Source: Betaproteobacteria bacterium
Lineage (GTDB): Bacteria > Pseudomonadota > Gammaproteobacteria > Burkholderiales > SG8-41
Assembly: GCA_025363435.1 (NCBI GenBank)
Contig: JANYDY010000016.1
Coordinates: forward strand, 17,318 to 81,317
Reading direction: 5' to 3'
DNA length: 64,000 bases
The notes under the pieces were generated by a model. It was not told where the DNA came from. It did not search any database and was given only the letters and a program-made list of their open reading frames with translations. Both the position numbers and the translations under genes were made by a program. Of this stretch, positions 53,462-62,969 are shown in pieces. Position 1 is the stretch's first letter. Every line of letters starts with the position of its first letter.

Positions 53462-53926
53462 TCAGATCTGCGGCATTTTAATTTCAGGCCATTGATCGCC
53501 CGCCGCATCGCAAACCATCTCCGCCGCGGCTCCGTAAATACGCAACGGTATCTCCGGTGCCTGACGGAATTTCAGTTCAATGTAATCAGAAAACCAGCGG
53601 CGGCCGCGTGTGACTGAAATATCGGCCCACGGAAAAAACAGATCCGGATTGTTGATGCGAAACAGGAACTGCATGCGCAAACATAAACCCTGCGTGCTCA
53701 CCCAAAGCGTCAACACATTGCGGTACTGCCCGAGAAACTGGCACCCCATGTGCACGGCGCGCAGGCGTACCGGAATACCGGCAGCCTCATCCCTGGCGCA
53801 ATAAATCCGCGCCAGTGCCGCCCAGCCACTGGCGTACGACAATAACCAGTTCACGAATACCCACAGCGCGACAAAACAAACCGCCGCAAGCAGCGGTGAT
53901 CCCCATTGCATCGCAGCGGGCGCCAT
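53462..53926 (-). CDS. Hypothetical membrane-anchored protein
   Basis: N-terminal TM segment, SGWAALARIY, FPWADI; co-oriented 6 nt after hemD. Confidence 0.65.
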   Translation of the reverse strand: MAPAAMQWGSPLLAAVCFVALWVFVNWLLSYASGWAALARIYCARDEAAGIPVRLRAVHMGCQFLGQYRNVLTLWVSTQGLCLRMQFLFRINNPDLFFPWADISVTRGRRWFSDYIELKFRQAPEIPLRIYGAAAEMVCDAAGDQWPEIKMPQI

Positions 53927-53932
53927 CGATGC

Positions 53933-54733
53933 TCAATTCGTCAATGCCGCGTCGAGCGCATTGATCAGCGGCCCGAGTTTCGGCGGTTTCGCCTCAATTT
54001 GCGGATGCACGCCGAATTGTGCGAGCGCCACGGTGCAGACCGGCCCGATCGACGCCACCTTTGATGCATTGAGATATGCGGCCAGGGTAGTGTCCGTGCC
54101 TTGCGTTTTTGCGTAATCGAACAGATTGTGCACCTGCGACGCACTGGTAAAAACAACTGCCGCGACTTCATGGCGCGCCAATGCAGCAATCAGATCAGCA
54201 AGCGGCTGCGTGTTTTCCGGCATCGCCCACCGATAAACAGGGATTTCCAGCACTGTCGCGCCCTGCGCCTGAAGCCACGACTCAAGCTCGACGTTCTTCC
54301 CGCCATAGCGCTGCACCACCACGCACTCGCCGGCCAGTTGCAGGGTGTCGAGCTGCGCAATCACTTCCGTCGTCGTATAGGGATCGCCTGCAACAAGATC
54401 GATGCGCACGCCGCGCGAATTCAAAGCGCCGGTCGGTTTAGGGCCGCGCACAATTACCGTGGACGCCGCCAACAGCGCCAAAAGTTTTTCGCTAAGACCG
54501 AGTTCGTCGGTTGCTTTGAACAAAGCACGTGTGCCGACACCCGTTTGAAAAATCGCCGCCTTGACCGGCGCCGCCTCCCATTCGCCAATAAGCTTTGCGA
54601 TAAACGCCGGTTCGAGATCCGGAATTTCCGATAATGCCGGTGCGTGCAGCGGTTTGCCGCCACGCTTGGCAATCAGTTCAACGATCTGCGCACCGAGGCG
54701 ACTTTCGAGTATCGCTACCGTCTGGCCATTCAT
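53933..54733 (-). CDS. hemD: Uroporphyrinogen-III synthase-like protein
   Basis: FQTGVG, RGPKP, PVYRW, FTSASQV, SIGPVC. Confidence 0.85.
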   Translation of the reverse strand: MNGQTVAILESRLGAQIVELIAKRGGKPLHAPALSEIPDLEPAFIAKLIGEWEAAPVKAAIFQTGVGTRALFKATDELGLSEKLLALLAASTVIVRGPKPTGALNSRGVRIDLVAGDPYTTTEVIAQLDTLQLAGECVVVQRYGGKNVELESWLQAQGATVLEIPVYRWAMPENTQPLADLIAALARHEVAAVVFTSASQVHNLFDYAKTQGTDTTLAAYLNASKVASIGPVCTVALAQFGVHPQIEAKPPKLGPLINALDAALTN

Positions 54734-56457
54734 TTTGCCGGCGTGCGTGCGGTAACCGGCGTCGTCAGAAATTCGAAATCACAGCCGCGGTCGGCCTGCT
54801 GCACCGTTTCCATGAACAGTTTGCGATAACCGCGCTCGTCGCCTTTGTGCGGTTTGGGTTTTTTCCATTGTTTTCGCCGCGCCGCGAGTTCTTCGTCTGA
54901 TACCAGCAGCTCAAGACGACGGCCTTTGACATCAAGGCGTATGCGGTCGCCGTTTTTGACCAGCGCGAGCGGACCACCCACCGCCGACTCCGGCGTGATG
55001 TGCAAAACAATTGCGCCGAAGGCCGTGCCACTCATGCGCGCGTCCGACATGCGCACCATATCCTTCAAGCCTTTCTGCGCGAGCTTTTTCGGAATCGGTA
55101 TATAACCGGCTTCCGGCATGCCCGGCGCGCCTTTGGGCCCGGCGTTACGTAATACGAGAATGTCATCTGGCTTTACATCAAGGTCCGGCGAATCGATGCG
55201 TGCCGCCATATCCGGCAGCGAATCGAACACCACCGCACGGCCTTCGTGCTGCATCAGCGCCGGCGTTGCCGCGGCCTGTTTGACAATGGCCCCGCCCGGC
55301 GCGAGATTGCCGCGCAGCACCGCGATGCTGCCGCCCTTGAAAATCGGATTCCTGAACGGCCGCACGACTTCCTGCGCCCAGCCGGCCGGCGCGTTGTCGA
55401 TGTTTTCACCGAGCGTTTTGCCGGAGATGGTCAGCGCCTTGAGTTTCAGCTGCGGCTTGAGTTCGCGCAATATCGTCGTCACGCCACCGGCCTTGTCGAG
55501 GTCTTCCATGTAATGCTGGCCGGTCGGCTTCAGATCAACCAGCACCGGCGTGTCGCGCCCCATGCGGTCGAACGCTTCGAGATCGAGCTCGATGCCGAGC
55601 CTGCCGGCCATCGCCGCCAGATGCACGATCGCATTGGTTGAGCCGCCGATCGCCAGCAGCATGCGCAGGCCGTTCTCAAATGCATCCGGCGTCATGATGC
55701 GTGACGGCGTCAGCTTTTCTTTGGCGATCGCCACCGCGCGCGCACCGGTCGCTTCGGCGTTGCGCAGGCGCTCCGACATCACCGCCGGTATGCAGGCGCC
55801 GCCCGGCAGCATCATGCCCATTGCTTCGGTGACACAGGCCATGGTGCTCGCCGTGCCCATCACCATACAGGTGCCGGCGCTGGGCGCGAGCTTCGATTCA
55901 ACTGCGGTGATTTCTTCCTCATCGATATCGCCGGCGCGAAAACGCGCCCAGAAACGACGGCAGTCGGTGCAGGCGCCAAGACGCTCGCCTTTGTGGTCGC
56001 CCGTGATCATCGGGCCGGTCACCAGCATGATCGCCGGCACATCCGCGCTCGCCGCGCCCATCAGCAAAGCTGGCACCGTTTTATCGCAGCCGCCGATCAG
56101 CACCGTCGAATCGACCGGCTGCGCCTTGATCATTTCTTCGGTATCCATCGACATCATGTTGCGCAAATACATGCTGGTCGGGAACGCAAACGATTCGTGC
56201 AGCGTGATCACCGGGAACTCGACCGGCAGGCCGCCCGCCAGCATAACGCCGCGTTTCACCGCCTCGATCAAATCCGGCACATTACGATGGCAGGCATTGA
56301 AGCCGCTGAAGGTATTGGTGATGCCGATGATCGGCCGGTCGAGCGCATCATCGCTGTAGCCCATCGCCTTGATGAAAGCCTTGCGCAGAAACAGCGAAAA
56401 TTCTTCGTCGCCGTAGGCCGTCAGCCCGCGCCGCATGCCGCGTTTTTCTTTTGCCAT
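54730..56457 (-). CDS. IlvD/Edd-family dehydratase
   Basis: GGCDKT, CMVMGTASTM, GGSTN, SDARMSGT, HITPES; substrate not determinable. Confidence 0.93.
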   Translation of the reverse strand: MAKEKRGMRRGLTAYGDEEFSLFLRKAFIKAMGYSDDALDRPIIGITNTFSGFNACHRNVPDLIEAVKRGVMLAGGLPVEFPVITLHESFAFPTSMYLRNMMSMDTEEMIKAQPVDSTVLIGGCDKTVPALLMGAASADVPAIMLVTGPMITGDHKGERLGACTDCRRFWARFRAGDIDEEEITAVESKLAPSAGTCMVMGTASTMACVTEAMGMMLPGGACIPAVMSERLRNAEATGARAVAIAKEKLTPSRIMTPDAFENGLRMLLAIGGSTNAIVHLAAMAGRLGIELDLEAFDRMGRDTPVLVDLKPTGQHYMEDLDKAGGVTTILRELKPQLKLKALTISGKTLGENIDNAPAGWAQEVVRPFRNPIFKGGSIAVLRGNLAPGGAIVKQAAATPALMQHEGRAVVFDSLPDMAARIDSPDLDVKPDDILVLRNAGPKGAPGMPEAGYIPIPKKLAQKGLKDMVRMSDARMSGTAFGAIVLHITPESAVGGPLALVKNGDRIRLDVKGRRLELLVSDEELAARRKQWKKPKPHKGDERGYRKLFMETVQQADRGCDFEFLTTPVTARTPAK

Positions 56458-56674
56458 CTTTGTCCCGTGAGATTGGTGGTTCGTCCTTCACAATAAACGA
56501 AAATTATCAGGCGGCGCAACCGCTATATTGACCGCGTCGTCGCGTGTATCGGGCGATTTTCGCAAAACCTGTTCTTGCCTTGCCCGAGAACCCGGTGCTA
56601 ATGTCCAAGCACAGCTAAAGCCTTGTGCGTACAGTCTCTGCCTGCCGCCACCCGCCAATCACGGACTACACTCC

Positions 56675-57799
56675 ATGCCGAACGCGCCGCACAACCCGCC
56701 CTTCCGCGCCGATCAGGTCGGCAGCCTGCTGCGGCCCGCGCATCTGATCGAAGCGCGTGCGCAAATGAAAAAAAAGCTGCTATCGGTCGCCGAGTTAACA
56801 AAAATTGAAGACGCGGCAATACGCGAGGTCGTGGCAAAACAGGAAGCTGCAGGACTGCAATCAATCAGCGATGGCGAATTCCGGCGCCAGAACTATATTG
56901 TCGATTTCTTCCGCAAGGCGCTTGGCTCGGGCGGCCTGACTGCGGAACCGGGCGATTTTTTTCATCGCAACGCGCGCGGCGAAACGATCCCGATCGAAAA
57001 ACTTGTCGTGCACAAGCCGGCCAAGTGGACGGGGCCGATCTTCGCCGAGCACCTCGCATTCGTCAAATCGATCACTAAGCGTACGCCAAAGATGACTGTG
57101 CCCTCGCCTATCGTCCTGCATTTCATGGGCGGCAGCGACGCCATCCTGCGGGAGGCTTATACGTCGCTCGATCAGTTCTGGAGCGACGTCATCGAGGTCT
57201 ATCGCAATGAGTTCGCAGCCCTGCACAAGGCCGGCTGCACCTATCTTCAGGTTGATGAGACCTCACTGGTGAAATTCGGCGATCCGGAGATCCGCGCCAT
57301 CATCGAACGGCGTGGCGACGACTGGCAAAAACTGGTGGAAACCTACGTCGATGTGATCAATGCGGTACTCTCCAGCGCGCCGCCGGGCATGACCGTCGGC
57401 ATCCATGTCTGCCGCGGCAACCGCCTTGGTTTCTGGCAGGCCGACGCCGGTTATGAATTCATGGCTGACCAGTTGTTCCGGCGCTTGAAGGCGCAGTTTT
57501 ATTTCCTTGAATTCGACAGCCCGCGCGCCGGCCCGATCGATGCCTTGAAATTTATGCCTGATGACAAAACGGTCGTGCTGGGTCTCGTTACGACGAAATC
57601 ACCCGAACTCGAAGACAAGGAAATGCTGAAGACGCGCATCAAGCAGGCGTCAGCCCATATCGGCATGGATAGGCTCTGCCTCAGTCCGCAATGCGGGTTT
57701 TCCGGCAACGTCGGCAACACCGTCATGAATGCGGAACAACAGTTCGCCAAGCTGGAGCTGCTGGTTGAAACAGCACGCGAGATGTGGGGCGATGCCTAG
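56675..57799 (+). CDS. Cobalamin-independent methionine synthase II-like (single-barrel MetE/YxjH family) protein
   Basis: RADQVGSLLRP, SDGEFRR, HVCRGN, FLEFD, LSPQCGF Zn ligands. Confidence 0.9.
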   Translation: MPNAPHNPPFRADQVGSLLRPAHLIEARAQMKKKLLSVAELTKIEDAAIREVVAKQEAAGLQSISDGEFRRQNYIVDFFRKALGSGGLTAEPGDFFHRNARGETIPIEKLVVHKPAKWTGPIFAEHLAFVKSITKRTPKMTVPSPIVLHFMGGSDAILREAYTSLDQFWSDVIEVYRNEFAALHKAGCTYLQVDETSLVKFGDPEIRAIIERRGDDWQKLVETYVDVINAVLSSAPPGMTVGIHVCRGNRLGFWQADAGYEFMADQLFRRLKAQFYFLEFDSPRAGPIDALKFMPDDKTVVLGLVTTKSPELEDKEMLKTRIKQASAHIGMDRLCLSPQCGFSGNVGNTVMNAEQQFAKLELLVETAREMWGDA

Positions 57800-58793
57800 C
57801 ACAACAACGCCAAACTATCTCCGCTTGCGGCGCGCAGCGACCTCCCGCCTGTTTGCACTTGCAACATTGCTCGCGGCTTCTGCTGCGGCGCAGAGTTATC
57901 CCGCCAAGCCGATCCGCATGATCATCCCGTTTCCGCCCGGCGGCGGCAGTGACGTGACGGGACGCGTAGTCGCTGCCGCACTCAGTGAGCGCTTCGGCCG
58001 CCAGGTGATCGTCGATAATCGTGGTGGCGCCGGCGGCATTATCGGCTCCGAACTTGCCGCTAACGCACCACCGGACGGTTACACCCTGCTGTTGGTGTCA
58101 CTGGCGCACACGGTCAATCCCTGGCTGTATGATCTGAAAGGTCGTTATCACCCGATCAACTCCTACACGCCAGTCGTTGCGATTGCAGCAAGCCCGGTCG
58201 TGCTGGCGGTCAATCCCGGCGTGCCCGTGCACTCGGTAGCAGAATTGGTCAGTGTCGCAAAAGCACAGCCGGGCAAACTGCAATACGCCTCCGCTGGAAT
58301 CGGCAGTGTGACGCATCTCGCCGGCGAGTTATTCAAATTCACCGCCAAAATTGACATGCTGCACGTGCCGTTCAAAGGCGCCGGCGCGGCGATGCTCGAC
58401 GTCATGTCCGGTCAGACTAATCTTTTTTTCGGCGGACTGCTCGCCACCGTCTCGCAGGTTCGCGCAGGCAGACTGCGCGCACTCGGCGTCGGCTCGCTCA
58501 AGCGCAATCCCATACTGCCCGACGTGCCGTCGATCGCCGAAGCCGGTGTAGCCGGTTACGAAACCGTTAACTGGTTCGGCTTGCTGGCGCCCGCCGGCAC
58601 ACCGGCAGCCATCGTTGAGCATCTGCATCGTGAGATATCCACAGTGCAAAATCTTCCAGAAGTGCAAAAACAGTTCGATGCGGATGGCGCGACTGTACTG
58701 CGCATGACGCCAGCCGCATTCCGCGCCTATATGGTCACGGACATGAACAAGTGGGAACGGGTCGTCAAGGAAGGCGGCATCAAGGCGCAATAA
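57792..58793 (+). CDS. Bug/TctC substrate-binding protein
   Basis: IPFPPGGGSD, DNRGGAGG, PDGYTLL, WFGLLAPAGTP. Confidence 0.93.
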   Translation: MPSTTTPNYLRLRRAATSRLFALATLLAASAAAQSYPAKPIRMIIPFPPGGGSDVTGRVVAAALSERFGRQVIVDNRGGAGGIIGSELAANAPPDGYTLLLVSLAHTVNPWLYDLKGRYHPINSYTPVVAIAASPVVLAVNPGVPVHSVAELVSVAKAQPGKLQYASAGIGSVTHLAGELFKFTAKIDMLHVPFKGAGAAMLDVMSGQTNLFFGGLLATVSQVRAGRLRALGVGSLKRNPILPDVPSIAEAGVAGYETVNWFGLLAPAGTPAAIVEHLHREISTVQNLPEVQKQFDADGATVLRMTPAAFRAYMVTDMNKWERVVKEGGIKAQ

Positions 58794-58795
58794 AT

Positions 58796-59737
58796 ATGAC
58801 TTTAACTGAACTCCGTTACATCGTCGCCGTCGCACGCGAGCGCCATTTCGGCCGCGCCGCTGAAAAATGCTTCGTCAGCCAGCCGACGCTGTCGGTGGCG
58901 GTGAAAAAACTCGAGGAAGAACTCGGCGTTGCGCTGTTCGAGCGTACCAATACGGACGTTGTCGTAACGCCGCTGGGCGCGCAGATCATCGAGCAGGCGC
59001 AGCGCGTGCTCGAAGAAACCGCCGCGATCAAACATATCGCAACGGCCGGCAAGGATCAGCTCGCCACCCCCTTGCGCGTCGGTGCGATCTACACCGTCGG
59101 CCCTTATCTGTTGCCGCAATTAATCCCAATAATGCACAAGCGCACGCCGAAAATGCCGCTGCTGCTGCAGGAAAACTACACGGCAAAACTGGCTGCCACG
59201 CTCAAAGCCGGCGATATCGATGTGATTATTTTCTCGCTGCCGTATGCCGAACCCGGTATCAGCACCCAGGCGGTCTACGACGAACCTTTCCGCGTGGTTA
59301 TTCCCTCAGAACATGCCTGGAAGGCACGCAAGTCGGTCAGTGCAGAAATGTTGTGCGGCGAAACCCTGCTACTGCTCGGCGCCGGCAATTGTTTCCGCGA
59401 CCAGGTCATGCAGACCTGCGCACGCGCCAAACGCAGCAGCACGAGCGCGATCCAGCAGGCGCTTGAAGGCAGTTCGCTGGAAACCATCCGGCAGATGGTC
59501 GCCTCCGGCGTCGGCATTACCGTGCTGCCCTCGTCCGCCGCCGACGCCAGATCGGCAGCCAGTCCGTTGATCGCAACAAAACCGTTTACTGCACCGGCGC
59601 CGAGCCGGCGCATCGCGCTGGCCTGGCGCACCGGTTTTCCGCGTCCGCAAGCGATAGAAGCACTGCGGCAGGCCGTCCTCGCCTGCAAGCTGCCGGGCGT
59701 GACGCTGCTGCCCGACGCGCGGACGCACTCCCCCTGA
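58796..59737 (+). CDS. oxyR: Hydrogen-peroxide sensor LysR regulator
   Basis: MTLTELRYIVAVA..RHFGRAA..CFVSQPTLS HTH; GNCFRDQVMQTC carries both redox cysteines; SSLET. Confidence 0.93.
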   Translation: MTLTELRYIVAVARERHFGRAAEKCFVSQPTLSVAVKKLEEELGVALFERTNTDVVVTPLGAQIIEQAQRVLEETAAIKHIATAGKDQLATPLRVGAIYTVGPYLLPQLIPIMHKRTPKMPLLLQENYTAKLAATLKAGDIDVIIFSLPYAEPGISTQAVYDEPFRVVIPSEHAWKARKSVSAEMLCGETLLLLGAGNCFRDQVMQTCARAKRSSTSAIQQALEGSSLETIRQMVASGVGITVLPSSAADARSAASPLIATKPFTAPAPSRRIALAWRTGFPRPQAIEALRQAVLACKLPGVTLLPDARTHSP

Positions 59738-59745
59738 CGTCCGCA

Positions 59746-59823
59746 TACCTTCCTTTGGACAAAAAGGGAAAGGTAAAAACCAAACGTCAACTAGAAGGTC
59801 CCTTCCCCCTCAAGGAGGGAAGG
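59746..59823. repeat. Two imperfect purine/pyrimidine hairpins after oxyR
   Basis: taccttccttt...agggaaaggta (59746-59775) and ccttccc...gggaagg (59801-59823). Confidence 0.5.
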
Positions 59824-59886
59824 AAAAAACCCGTGCTTCGTCTCACACCCCCTTCGCTGAAAATATCCAGTGGGACAAGCTAAACG

Positions 59887-59923
59887 ATAGTTATTAACTA
59901 TCGCTTTAATTGTATCAATCCAT
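59887..59923 (+). promoter_or_regulatory. OxyR binding site
   Basis: ATAG-N7-CTAT-N7-ATTG-N7-CCAT, 14/16 match to the ATAG-N7-CTAT-N7-ATAG-N7-CTAT consensus. Confidence 0.8.
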
Positions 59924-60004
59924 TGGATCAATTGTTTTTCCAGCGCCAGAATGCGTCCCATGCAGTCAGCGGACTGCCCGATCAACCCGATAAGGAGACG
60001 CACA

Positions 60005-60475
60005 ATGAAACCGGAATCCGTCACAGTCAAAAACATCGAAGCCGCGTTTGCCGGCGAATCCATGGCGCATATCAAGTACATGTATTTCGCCAAGATCAGC
60101 CGCGCCGCCGGCGACGAAGCGACTGCCAAAGTATTTGAAGAAACCGCAGCGCAGGAAGTGCAGCACGCCTTCGGCCATCTCGACCTGCTCTACCCTGCCA
60201 GCGAATTGACTCCGGCCAAAGCACTCGACATGGCGATTGCCGGCGAGACTTACGAATACACCGAAATGTATCCGCAGTTCCGCCGCCTCGCCGAGCAGGA
60301 AGGCAACAGCAAGGCGATCAAGGAAATGGACGGGCAGATCGAAGAGTCGAAGGAACACGCGCAACGTTTCCGCGACACGCTCGCCAAAGCTGCCAAACGT
60401 TTTGCTGCGCTGGCGAAGGTTGAAGAACGTCACGCCAATCACTACAAGGCAACGCGCGCGAAGATCGCCGCTTGA
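60005..60475 (+). CDS. Rubrerythrin (ferritin-like di-iron domain only)
   Basis: [41 protein letters not shown]; AGGAGA RBS. Confidence 0.92.
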   Translation: MKPESVTVKNIEAAFAGESMAHIKYMYFAKISRAAGDEATAKVFEETAAQEVQHAFGHLDLLYPASELTPAKALDMAIAGETYEYTEMYPQFRRLAEQEGNSKAIKEMDGQIEESKEHAQRFRDTLAKAAKRFAALAKVEERHANHYKATRAKIAA

Positions 60476-60501
60476 TTGAACTAAATACAAGGAGACTTGA
60501 A

Positions 60502-60672
60502 ATGAAGAAATGGCAATGTATCGTTTGTGGTTACGTATATGACGAAGCGGCCGGCGACCCCGAGCACGGCATCAAAGCCGGCACGCGCTGGGACGATGTG
60601 CCGGCCGACTGGGCCTGTCCGGAATGCGGCGTAGCGAAAGCCGACTTCGAAATGGTCCTGCTCGCCGCGTAA
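60502..60672 (+). CDS. Rubredoxin
   Basis: CIVCGYVYD...WACPECG; AGGAGA RBS. Confidence 0.96.
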   Translation: MKKWQCIVCGYVYDEAAGDPEHGIKAGTRWDDVPADWACPECGVAKADFEMVLLAA

Positions 60673-60706
60673 TACGCAGCCACGTCGCGTAAAATGCGCA
60701 CTCACT

Positions 60707-60735
60707 CCCTGTCGGCACGTCGCCGGCAGGGTTTT
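60707..60735 (+). terminator. Hairpin/weak terminator after rubredoxin
   Basis: ccctgtcggc-acgtc-gccggcaggg then tttt. Confidence 0.55.
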
Positions 60736-60762
60736 CGCACTCTCTTTTGAATCGATACGTCC

Positions 60763-61908
60763 ATGCATCCTATAGTCATCCTCGGCAGCGGCCTCGCCGG
60801 TTACAACACTGCGCGTGAACTACGCAAGACCGACAAGGAAACGCCACTCACCATCATCAGTGCCGACAGCGGCTCGTTTTACTCCAAACCCATGCTGTCG
60901 AGCGCCTTCGGCTCCGGCAAGACGGCGCAAAGTATCGCGATGAATAGCGCCGAGCAGATGGCCGCACAACTTAATGCGACGGTACGCGCGAACACCAGGG
61001 TGACAGCGATTGATACCGCAGCGCGTACGGTCAGCATCGGCAGTGAATCCATCGCCTATTCGAAACTCGCCATCGCGCTGGGCGCCGACCAGATCCGGCT
61101 GCCGATAGCCGGCGACGGCGCAACCGACATTATGACGGTCAACGATCTCGACGATTACGCAAAATTTCGCAACGCATTGAAGGACAAATCGACCGTCGCT
61201 TTGATCGGCGCCGGCCTCATCGGCAGTGAATTCGCCAACGATCTGACCGCCGGCGGTCACTCCGTGCATGTGATCGATGTGGCTGCTTACCCGCTGTCGC
61301 GCCTGCTGCCGCCGGAAGGCGGCGCACTGCTGCAAAACAAACTGGCAGCCATCGGCGTTACCTGGCATCTCGGCACCAGTGTCGCGTCGATTGCAAAAAC
61401 CGACGCTAAATTGAAAGTCATGCTCGCCGACGGCACGGCTTTCGACGCCGACCTTGCGCTATCCGCAGTGGGCTTGCGCCCGCGCATTGCGCTGGCGCAA
61501 GCCGCCGGCATCACCGTCAATCGCGGCATCACCGTCAATCGCATGCATGAAACCAGCGCACCGGATGTATACGCGCTGGGCGACTGCGTTGAAATCGAGG
61601 GGCTGGTCATGCCCTACGTGATGCCGCTGATGAATTCGGCGCGCGCGCTCGGCGCCACACTCGGCGGCAAACCAACACGAGTCAGTTATCCGGCGATGCC
61701 GGTGCTGGTCAAAACGCCGGCCTGCCCGACTGTCGTCGCGCCGCCTGCTGTTAACGCCACAGGCAAGTGGGAAGTTACTGCAGACGGCGAAGGCGTCGAG
61801 GCGCTGTTCAAATCCGCTGAAGGCAAACTGCTCGGCTACGCGTTGAACGGCAAGGCCACAGCAGAACGCGCCGCGTTAACGCAGCAACTGCCGCCGGTGC
61901 TGATCTGA
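60763..61908 (+). CDS. Rubredoxin-NAD(P)+ reductase (FAD-dependent)
   Basis: GSGLAG, YSKPMLS, GAGLIGSEFAND, YALGDC, VKTP; next to rubredoxin. Confidence 0.92.
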   Translation: MHPIVILGSGLAGYNTARELRKTDKETPLTIISADSGSFYSKPMLSSAFGSGKTAQSIAMNSAEQMAAQLNATVRANTRVTAIDTAARTVSIGSESIAYSKLAIALGADQIRLPIAGDGATDIMTVNDLDDYAKFRNALKDKSTVALIGAGLIGSEFANDLTAGGHSVHVIDVAAYPLSRLLPPEGGALLQNKLAAIGVTWHLGTSVASIAKTDAKLKVMLADGTAFDADLALSAVGLRPRIALAQAAGITVNRGITVNRMHETSAPDVYALGDCVEIEGLVMPYVMPLMNSARALGATLGGKPTRVSYPAMPVLVKTPACPTVVAPPAVNATGKWEVTADGEGVEALFKSAEGKLLGYALNGKATAERAALTQQLPPVLI

Positions 61909-61917
61909 CAATTCCGG

Positions 61918-62943
61918 CTACTGCTTGAGCAAACCCAGCTGCTTCAGCATGGTGCTGTACATCTGGTTGTCACGGTCGAGCGCGGCGCGGAAACCGTCCG
62001 CCTCGAAAGTATTCACCCACTGATTTTTTTCGAGCTCGGCTTTCCAGCCCGGGCTTTGCACCATCTTGGCGAGCGCGTCGCGCCAGTACTGGACAACCGC
62101 CGGCGGCATCTCGGGCGGCCCGAACAGGCCGCGCCAGTTCTCGTTGATGACGTCATACCCCTGTTCGACAAAGGTCGGCAGCTTCTGAAAACGGCTGCCG
62201 AGCCGCTTTGGTGAACTGATGGCGAGCACGCGCATACGGCCCGACTCAACGTGCGTAATTAAATCAAGCCCGCCCATGCCAACACTGACGTGGCCACCGA
62301 TAATCGCCGGATTGGATTCACCGCCCGAATACGGGATGTAATTGATTTTGGTCGGATCGACACCGATTGCGTTGGCAAACAGCGCCACTGCAATATGATC
62401 CGCGTTGCCGAGCGAAGCGCCACCGAAACTCAGGCTGCCCGGATCTTTTTTCAACGCCGCCTCGACATCTTTCAAGCTCTTGATCGGCGACTCTGCACGC
62501 ACCACCATCATCTGGTATTCGGAAAAAACCTTGGCAATCGGCGTCATATCCTTGTACGAATAGCCGATGCCCAGCGTCAGCGGCGTGACTACCGCATGAA
62601 TCGCAATGCCAAGCAGGTTGTAAGGGTCACCTTTGCGCTGCACCATCAGCGTCATGCCGAGCGAACCGCCGGCGCCGGGTTTGTTCACGACCTGTATCGG
62701 TTTGCTGACCAGCTTCTGATCGTTCAACAGTTGCGCTACCGTGCGCCCGAACAGATCGACACCGCCGCCCGGCGCAAACGGAATGGTCAGCTCGATGTAG
62801 CGGTTGGGGTAATCACCCAGAGCGGCGGGTCGCACACTTTCTGCCGCATGGCTGTGCGCGCACGCCATGGCGATCGTCATCACGATCAATCGCGCCGCCG
62901 AAAAACATTTGCTCTGCCCGCACTGTATCGATTGTGTGCTCAT
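61918..62943 (-). CDS. Bug/TctC substrate-binding protein
   Basis: IPFAPGGGVD, NKPGAGG, NWRGLFGPP. Confidence 0.9.
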   Translation of the reverse strand: MSTQSIQCGQSKCFSAARLIVMTIAMACAHSHAAESVRPAALGDYPNRYIELTIPFAPGGGVDLFGRTVAQLLNDQKLVSKPIQVVNKPGAGGSLGMTLMVQRKGDPYNLLGIAIHAVVTPLTLGIGYSYKDMTPIAKVFSEYQMMVVRAESPIKSLKDVEAALKKDPGSLSFGGASLGNADHIAVALFANAIGVDPTKINYIPYSGGESNPAIIGGHVSVGMGGLDLITHVESGRMRVLAISSPKRLGSRFQKLPTFVEQGYDVINENWRGLFGPPEMPPAVVQYWRDALAKMVQSPGWKAELEKNQWVNTFEADGFRAALDRDNQMYSTMLKQLGLLKQ

Positions 62944-62969
62944 GACCTGCCCCCCCTGCGGCAACCCGA

